A stretch of 64,000 bases of DNA, taken from NCBI GenBank assembly GCA_964422835.1, contig CAYRCR010000001.1:22030-86029 (forward strand), given 5' to 3'. Below the pieces are notes generated by a model. That model searched no databases. It saw only the letters and a list, made by a program, of their open reading frames with translations, and had not been told where the DNA came from. This stretch comes from an uncultured Gammaproteobacteria bacterium (GTDB taxonomy: Bacteria; Patescibacteriota; Microgenomatia; Daviesbacterales; UBA10151). Made by a program: the position numbers and the translations under genes. Below are positions 57,613 to 64,000 of this stretch, piece after piece. How positions within the stretch are numbered: position 1 is the stretch's first letter; each line of letters begins with the position of its first letter.

Positions 57613-58622
57613 GTATATTCCCTTCAGCTACTATCATAATTCCTACCTTAAACCGCAAATATGTTTTAGAAGAAGCTCTTTTGTCATTAAATAAAGTTGA
57701 TTACCCAAGAGATCTACTTAAAGTAGTAGTAGTTAACGACGGTTCATCGGATGGAACAAAAGAACTTCTTAAGAGAATTAAAAACAGATTAAACTATGAA
57801 TTCAGGTCTTACAATGAAAAGAGAAAAGGGATTTCTCACGCTAAAAATACAGCAATCAAAAAGTCCAAGGGAGAAGTAATTATTTCAACAGATGATGATT
57901 GTTTATTTGAAAAAACATGGCTTAAAAAATTAATTAAGCCATTAGAGAATGATTCTGTAGGCTCTGTTGGAGGACCTGATCGAGCTATTAAAGATGAACA
58001 TGTGCTGGCTAAAAGTGTTGATTTCGCTTTTTCTAGTTTTATTGGTTCAGGAGGAATTCATGGGAGATTTTTAAAAGTAAAACTTGGTAAGTTCTACCCT
58101 CCTGGATGTAATATGGCATTTAAGCGTAAACTTGTTAAGCAAATAGGTTTTTTTGATGAAACCTTGGCACCTGGAGAAGACACGGATTATAATCATAGAA
58201 TAGAAAAAGCTGGATATAAATTAATTTATGTCCCCACAGCCTTTGTCTGGCATAGACCGAGAAACAGCATCAGAAGGTTTATCCCTTATATCTTTAAAAG
58301 AGGAAAGGCAAGGGTGGAAATTATCCGACGCTATCCAGAATATAAAGAATACATATATTATCTTCCAGCAATTATTGTGGTAGTTGGTTTTCTACTTCTT
58401 TTATTATCATTTGTTTCACCAATTTTCCTTATAACCTTTGCAATCCTAATATTATTCTACACTACACTACTTGTTAGCGCTGGGCTTTCTGCCTACAGAA
58501 CCTACCACAATCTGGCATACTTTTTTATAGTTCCACTACTAATCTTCCTTCAGCATACATTTCATGGAGTAGGATTTATAAAAGGGGTCTGGGACTTTTA
58601 CTTCAAGTCCAAACTAGACTGA
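57609..58622 (+). CDS. GT2 glycosyltransferase with C-terminal TM helices
   Basis: IIIPTLNR, VVNDGSSDGT, STDDDC, GCNMAF and GEDTD. Confidence 0.92.
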   Translation: MSIFPSATIIIPTLNRKYVLEEALLSLNKVDYPRDLLKVVVVNDGSSDGTKELLKRIKNRLNYEFRSYNEKRKGISHAKNTAIKKSKGEVIISTDDDCLFEKTWLKKLIKPLENDSVGSVGGPDRAIKDEHVLAKSVDFAFSSFIGSGGIHGRFLKVKLGKFYPPGCNMAFKRKLVKQIGFFDETLAPGEDTDYNHRIEKAGYKLIYVPTAFVWHRPRNSIRRFIPYIFKRGKARVEIIRRYPEYKEYIYYLPAIIVVVGFLLLLLSFVSPIFLITFAILILFYTTLLVSAGLSAYRTYHNLAYFFIVPLLIFLQHTFHGVGFIKGVWDFYFKSKLD

Positions 58623-58641
58623 GGCTGATATTCTAAAAACA

Positions 58642-60165
58642 TTATGTCCCTAATAAACCATCTGATAGCCCTAATTGTTTAAGAAAATACGAGAGACTCA
58701 ACTTAAAAAATCTTTTTGGTGAATGGAATAAAATAGAAACAGCGAGTTTAACTTTTGCAAAGGGGATAGTCTGGTTTACTCTTATCGCTTTTTTGAAAAG
58801 TTTTTTTACCTCTGTTCTTGAGAGGAAAGGCGTTTCAATTATTGGTTCACCAGTACTTAAGCCTTTTACAAAATTACCGGTTTCTTTATTTGTCAACCAA
58901 CCATTGTTAACCGCAATTTGATAAGCTTCAGTCCCGCGATGTGGAACCAAAACACCGAAACCACAATCATTTACTCCAAGTTTTTTTAACTCACGGGCAT
59001 ATTTTATTGTTTTCTCCACCTGATTTTTCTTTTCCCCAGGCATACCAATCAAAAAAAAGGCATCTACCGGGAGCCTATACTTCCGGCACCAATTGACAAC
59101 TTGTTTTACTTTTTTTAAATTCAGCTTCTTATGCATCAAGTTATCTACCACCCATTGGCTACCGGATTCAGGAGCAACAATTGTTCTTGTGCACCCTGAT
59201 TGCTTCATCTTCCTAACCAACTCCTCATCAACTGTATCAGCCCGTATTCCATTGGGAGTACTCCATTCAATTTCCCATCCTTTCTCGATTATTTTATCGC
59301 ATATCTTTTTTGCCCTTTCTTTATTTAGGGTAAAATTATCATCTTCAATATCGAAATGTTGAATTTTATATTTTTTGATCAAATAATCCATTTCAGCAAT
59401 AACATTATCCACACTTCTTGGCCTAAAAATCCTTCCCATAACTAAATGGCCTGCACAAAAAGCACAGGTAAATGGACAGCCTCTGCTGGTAAAAATAGTC
59501 GCCCATCTTCTGCCAAATGTAGAAATACTGCGGGAAGACCTTACATTTCTGGCAGCTTCAAAATATTTATCCATGGGAAACAGCTCCCACGCAACACGAT
59601 ATCTATCCAAATCAGTTAAAGGTAATCTTGTTGTATTTACAATTGTTTTTCCTTTTTTTTTAAAAATTAGCCCATGAATTTTACTGTATTTATTACTCTT
59701 TCTCTTAATAGCTTTAGTCAACTCCAACATAGTTAATTCTCCTTCCCCTAAAACTGCAAAATCGATATTGTTATCATCCAATATTGTTTCTGCGTACGCA
59801 GTGGGATAAGCTCCGCCAACAACTACTTTTATATCTGGGTTAACTTCTTTAACAACCATTGCTATTTCATGACCAGCTTTAGATTGTGCAGTAAAAGGCA
59901 TCGTTATACCTACAATGTCTGGAGTAATTCTTTTAATTCTTTTTTTTATTTCAGTTTTATTCAATCCTACATAGCGATTTGATCCCTCGTCCACAAATTC
60001 CTCATGGTCATTTCCTTCTGCCAAAATATCAAAAATTTTGACATTTATATTGTTATCCAATAGATGTCCTGCAATATACCCTAAACCTAAAGGTTGGAAG
60101 GCGTTCAACGGGTAATTTATATTAGCTGGAGTAAATTGACCGGGATTAATTAAAAGAACTTTCAT
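58642..60165 (-). CDS. Cobalamin-binding-domain radical SAM enzyme
   Basis: MKVLLINP, PLGLGYIA, VVGGAYPT, LGEGE, TSRGCPFTCAFC, EDDNF and FLIGMPGE. ATG 60165 lies 6 nt after TATAAT. Confidence 0.92.
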   Translation of the reverse strand: MKVLLINPGQFTPANINYPLNAFQPLGLGYIAGHLLDNNINVKIFDILAEGNDHEEFVDEGSNRYVGLNKTEIKKRIKRITPDIVGITMPFTAQSKAGHEIAMVVKEVNPDIKVVVGGAYPTAYAETILDDNNIDFAVLGEGELTMLELTKAIKRKSNKYSKIHGLIFKKKGKTIVNTTRLPLTDLDRYRVAWELFPMDKYFEAARNVRSSRSISTFGRRWATIFTSRGCPFTCAFCAGHLVMGRIFRPRSVDNVIAEMDYLIKKYKIQHFDIEDDNFTLNKERAKKICDKIIEKGWEIEWSTPNGIRADTVDEELVRKMKQSGCTRTIVAPESGSQWVVDNLMHKKLNLKKVKQVVNWCRKYRLPVDAFFLIGMPGEKKNQVEKTIKYARELKKLGVNDCGFGVLVPHRGTEAYQIAVNNGWLTNKETGNFVKGLSTGEPIIETPFLSRTEVKKLFKKAIRVNQTIPFAKVKLAVSILFHSPKRFFKLSLSYFLKQLGLSDGLLGT

Positions 60166-60184
60166 TGGTATATTATATATCACT

Positions 60185-62203
60185 TCACTTAAAAATTAAT
60201 GCCTTGGCAGAAGTATAGTTTAGAGGACAAGCATTTGTATTTTCAAACACAAAGCTTGCATACCTTGCCTCTTTTCCGGCAATAAAATACTCTATTTCAT
60301 TCGCACTTATATTTTCTTTTTGTTTGATTTGTCGAAATGGAATTGGATCTTTTTCTCGAGTCCAGCTTGATCCATCTTGTGAGATTTTAACAAAAGCTGC
60401 CTTTGGTGTTAAACATCCCGACAAAGGATTAAAAAATAAATATAGCCTGCTGATCGGAACAATTTTACCAAAATCCAGCATAATTTGGTTATCCGATGTC
60501 TTATCTATCAAAGGATTTGGTAATTCCACTTCGTTTTTTTTCGACATTTCTCTGGTGTGCTCAATGTCATTTTTCCAAACTTTTAGTATTGGGACACCGT
60601 CAACTTTTAGTTCATAAACCGGATATAAAAAGTTCTCCACATACTCCCAAGCATAGTTAAAGTCGCGAGTTGAGTCATTAAAAGTTAAATCCATAAGATA
60701 CTCTCCTTCACGCACTATCCCGCTCAAATTCCCAGATTTGAAGTCAATATCTTTCCTTAAAAAAATCACCGGCGCGTTAGCGGCCGTACCCTGAATTAAG
60801 GATAATCTACTATTATTTTCTACATTCTCGTTTACCCATTTTATCCCCTGAAAGTAAGCATTGCCAAAACTATTTCCCCAAGAAGGGAAATTTTTTTCAT
60901 AAGCACCAGGTAAACCTCCTATTAATGAATTAAAATAAACATTTTCATAAGGATGAAGTTTTATCAAAATCCATAAAGGCCAAATAAAAATGATCATTAA
61001 TACAATTTTAACAACTAATCCCTTATTAATTTGTGTAATTTGCCATGCACCAAGACCCGAAAGCAAGGCCATTGCCGGCAAAAATTCCATTATTTGTCTG
61101 ACACCACCATAAATAACGGTCCCGGGTAGCGTAACCCTTAAAAGGGGCACCACAAGCCACAAAAGCCATAATAATGTCAGTTGTTTTTTCTCCCCTTTTA
61201 AGGCAAAAAGGGACAATAAGCCGAAAAAGAATAAAATAAGTATTAAGGGTGGGGTAGTAAATATAATCCAAAGAACCGGAAACATATTAAAATTATGAAA
61301 ATAAAAATTATCGGGCTGGTAATGGAAATTTGTACCAATTTCCCGGTAATATCCAAAAATACTTTGTAAATTCCAAACATTCTGCCAAAGATAAGGCCAT
61401 GAACCTAAAAATATTAATCCTACAATAACCATCCCCCCCAAAAACCCCAATATCATTTTTTTCGGAAAAATTTTATGTAAGTTTAGGGGTAATAAAAGCT
61501 TCTTCCTGTATCTCAACAAAAGATAGGGAATAATTATCGCCGGTAGGAATAATATATTAAATTTGGTTCCTAAAGCTAAGGAAAAAAATACCGATGAAAT
61601 CAAAAGCCAGCGGATACTCCCTTTTTGCAAAGCCTTCCAGAAAGCCCAGATGCATCCTGTAAAAAAAGCTGCTTCCGGAGGATCCTTAATATTAAAGTGA
61701 GATTCGGACCAAAAAAGAGGATAGGTTACAAGTGCCAAAAATGATACGAAGCTTGCAAAAACACCCATTGTCTCCAAGGCAAAAGAAACCACAACAAAAA
61801 CAAAGAGTGATGAAGCCAGAATATTAAACAGATGGTGCGCCTCAATATCTCCTAAAACCCCTAATTTTTGAAAGAAAATAAAATTTGACAGGGCTGCCAA
61901 TTCATCATTTAAAGGGGGATGCCCGCTATCATTCTTTAACATATATTCGCCGTTATATAGATCACTCTGATAAAAACTTCGCCTTGGAATGGCAATTTTG
62001 TTTGGATCACCATTAGTACCCTGTAGATCCACTTTAGGCAAATCATCATATGTTGTTTCTCCAGTTAAAAAATAGCGCAGGTAGGCCTGTCCTCTATAAA
62101 AATGCAAAGTTTCGTCCCAGGAAATTCCATAATGAGGAAGGGTAAAAAGTGCGGAGAAAAAAAAGACAGTTGCAAGTAATATTGGAATAAATTTCTTCAT
62201 CAA
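60185..62203 (-). CDS. GT-C membrane glycosyltransferase with degenerate discoidin-like C-terminus; paralog of 37467..39467
   Basis: YGISWDETLH, GHPPL, HFNIKD, GTKFN, YGGVRQ, HPYENVYFNSLIGG and LDFGK...SQDGSSW. Confidence 0.85.
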   Translation of the reverse strand: MMKKFIPILLATVFFFSALFTLPHYGISWDETLHFYRGQAYLRYFLTGETTYDDLPKVDLQGTNGDPNKIAIPRRSFYQSDLYNGEYMLKNDSGHPPLNDELAALSNFIFFQKLGVLGDIEAHHLFNILASSLFVFVVVSFALETMGVFASFVSFLALVTYPLFWSESHFNIKDPPEAAFFTGCIWAFWKALQKGSIRWLLISSVFFSLALGTKFNILFLPAIIIPYLLLRYRKKLLLPLNLHKIFPKKMILGFLGGMVIVGLIFLGSWPYLWQNVWNLQSIFGYYREIGTNFHYQPDNFYFHNFNMFPVLWIIFTTPPLILILFFFGLLSLFALKGEKKQLTLLWLLWLVVPLLRVTLPGTVIYGGVRQIMEFLPAMALLSGLGAWQITQINKGLVVKIVLMIIFIWPLWILIKLHPYENVYFNSLIGGLPGAYEKNFPSWGNSFGNAYFQGIKWVNENVENNSRLSLIQGTAANAPVIFLRKDIDFKSGNLSGIVREGEYLMDLTFNDSTRDFNYAWEYVENFLYPVYELKVDGVPILKVWKNDIEHTREMSKKNEVELPNPLIDKTSDNQIMLDFGKIVPISRLYLFFNPLSGCLTPKAAFVKISQDGSSWTREKDPIPFRQIKQKENISANEIEYFIAGKEARYASFVFENTNACPLNYTSAKALIFK

Positions 62204-63999
62204 TTCTCTACAAATTTCTTAATTAGCCCCCTATCGCTGATTTCATTAAAATCCAAATTCCGAAGACTTATGGATTGGATTTCTATCTTAACTGGCGCTC
62301 CTGGCACACTTATTTTAAGGTCTTGAACAACCGTTCCACCAGTGTCCAACGGTAATTCATATATATTTTCACGATCAAGATTACCTACGGTAATCTTTTT
62401 TAAATTCTTACCTTTATTAGTATTCCAGTTGATCTCAATATTTAAAAGAGGTGCAATATTTTTCAAGATTAAATTTAACTCCTCTTCATTGGCAATAAAA
62501 TCAAATGGTGAATCCAGAAAAGAAAAGGCATCTGCAAGATCAATATCATTGTAAGCAGACTCTACCACCTCTAATTCAGTTAGTGCAGGCGCATCATTTA
62601 CTAAGGTTTCAGTAATATCCATCCTGACATACCGTCCCTCAATCTCATCAAATGCATCTGTTACTATTTCTCCACTTTTCCTTTCTGGACCATGAACAAC
62701 TTTTTTTACATCCTCCCATTTATTTTTATCTTTAGAAACACTTATTACATATGATGTGGGTGTTAAGGTATTATTCCAGTTAGTCCAGATAAGTTTCCCT
62801 ACTCTTTTAATCCTGCCTAAATCAAGAGTAATTTGCTCTTTCTGGTGTTCATGCCAAAAAATTCTATGACCACGCCAACTGGTATTAATATTATTATCCA
62901 CTGCGTTTTCCGTTTCCTGATACTTCCACTGTGATAGACTGGATACTTTAACATTGCTGTAATATTCCTTTCTAGATAAAAGATAGGCAATAATTTCCTC
63001 TTTTTCTCCTACGGTTTTTGTGCTGAACTTCTTGCCACTTGGAGAATAGGGATATGTGATATTTGATATATCAGGCATAATTTTAGCTTTTAAATTTAGT
63101 AATAATGGAGATACCGAGGAGATTTTAATGTTATCCCTTAAAATAGATATAAGAGATGGCGATTCATGTTTTAATGATAACGCTTGAGATTCTGAACCCC
63201 TTGTAAGCGAGTTCCTAACTTCATTAGTTGTGTCTTCCAAACCATTTTCACCAAAATAAAAACTGTGGATATTATTAATGCCAATTTGTTTAGTTGAAAT
63301 TTTATAAAGCAATTCATTAAAATTTTCAGTCAAGGCAATATCATAACGGTCAACTCCATAGTAGATTGCAAGAGCTGTGGATTCAGGCATAGACCCAACA
63401 GAAAAGAAATCTATAAATTGTTGTTGATAATATCTTTTATCAATTACATCAAAAAAGAAAATGTCACCCTTTTGAACATTGGGCACATAATTTTTCAAAT
63501 TCTTATAAAAGGCCTCAGTTGGGCGGCTTATATTTTTTATAATTTTATTTTGATATATAACTCCCAAAAATAAATTAACTCCGATAAATAAAAATAACGG
63601 TGTAACCGCTAATAAATAGGTAAACTTCCCAAAATTATTACTTTTAACTACTTTTTCAAATATCGCAAATGTTATTCCACCTATAATAATACAATAACCA
63701 ATAAAACTATAAGATAAATACCTATGAGTTGTGGCAAAAATAGCATCTTGGTACTGAATAAAATAGCCTAAGAACTGTGATATAACTACGATAATACCTA
63801 AAATTAAGGCTATTGATAATTCTTTCATTTTTTTCCATAAAACTAAGGCTAAAAATCCAGCCAGCACAGGAATATACATCCCCAATGCTCCAGCGCTAAT
63901 ATCCAAACCTATTCTATACCAAAAAAAATTTTTCGTTATAAAATAACAATTTAAAAAGAAGATGCTAGTAAATACCGAAATACTTGTTATTTTCAACCT
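62200..63999 (-). CDS. Putative GT-C membrane protein with F5/8 type C (discoidin/CBM32) domain; 5' end outside the window
   Basis: TM helices with THRYL, an external domain like that of 49637..51343, then NAVDNNINTSW...ITLDLG...SKDKNKW...GRYVRM...LTELEV. Confidence 0.78.
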   Translation of the reverse strand, partial: RLKITSISVFTSIFFLNCYFITKNFFWYRIGLDISAGALGMYIPVLAGFLALVLWKKMKELSIALILGIIVVISQFLGYFIQYQDAIFATTHRYLSYSFIGYCIIIGGITFAIFEKVVKSNNFGKFTYLLAVTPLFLFIGVNLFLGVIYQNKIIKNISRPTEAFYKNLKNYVPNVQKGDIFFFDVIDKRYYQQQFIDFFSVGSMPESTALAIYYGVDRYDIALTENFNELLYKISTKQIGINNIHSFYFGENGLEDTTNEVRNSLTRGSESQALSLKHESPSLISILRDNIKISSVSPLLLNLKAKIMPDISNITYPYSPSGKKFSTKTVGEKEEIIAYLLSRKEYYSNVKVSSLSQWKYQETENAVDNNINTSWRGHRIFWHEHQKEQITLDLGRIKRVGKLIWTNWNNTLTPTSYVISVSKDKNKWEDVKKVVHGPERKSGEIVTDAFDEIEGRYVRMDITETLVNDAPALTELEVVESAYNDIDLADAFSFLDSPFDFIANEEELNLILKNIAPLLNIEINWNTNKGKNLKKITVGNLDRENIYELPLDTGGTVVQDLKISVPGAPVKIEIQSISLRNLDFNEISDRGLIKKFVEN

Positions 64000-64000
64000 T

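Noticed and set aside
56161-60165. Hopanoid biosynthesis cluster (HpnI/HpnJ/HpnP-like)
   Set aside because: No squalene synthase, squalene-hopene cyclase or other hpn genes in the window; only family-level similarity.
1157-62554. Many 60-195 aa ORFs antisense to or nested in long genes (e.g. 6015..6491, 15755..16252, 34943..35527, 52367..52753)
   Set aside because: Shadow ORFs of well-supported genes with no motifs of their own.
1-64000. CRISPR array, tRNA/rRNA, prophage, IS, diversity-generating retroelement, recoded stop codons
   Set aside because: No repeat-spacer array, RNA-gene-sized gap, integrase, transposase or reverse transcriptase, and no long near-identical repeat pair. TGA ends genes normally (e.g. 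recO).

Overview
Gene-dense, AT-rich bacterial window with no rRNA, tRNA, CRISPR array, integrase or transposase that I can see. TGA is used as a stop, so this is standard code 11. The gene content and style suggest a Patescibacteria/CPR genome, probably Microgenomates (inference). Bases 1-4.7 kb hold housekeeping genes: the 5' part of ftsI, an ftsL-like gene, alpha2-type glycyl-tRNA ligase and recO. rsmH lies about 7.5 kb away on the opposite strand. From about 4.7 kb to beyond the right edge is one cell-surface glycosylation super-locus. It has a priming phosphoglycosyltransferase, 6 GT4 and 5 GT2 enzymes, a Wzx flippase, an O-antigen-ligase-like protein, a DUF4012 protein, 3 SAM methyltransferases, an O-acetyltransferase and 2 B12-binding radical SAM enzymes. 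It also has about 19 polytopic GT-C-type (ArnT/PMT, YfhO, AftD-like) transferases, several with discoidin/CBM-like domains, yet only one obvious polyprenol-P-sugar synthase (with a DUF2304 partner) and no nucleotide-sugar synthesis or Wza/Wzc/Wzm/Wzt genes. Non-coding signals are -10 boxes 5-10 nt before ATGs (probable leaderless mRNAs), symmetric -10 boxes between divergent genes, and small palindromic or tandem repeats, some inside reading frames. All family calls come from motif recognition by eye, not database searches.
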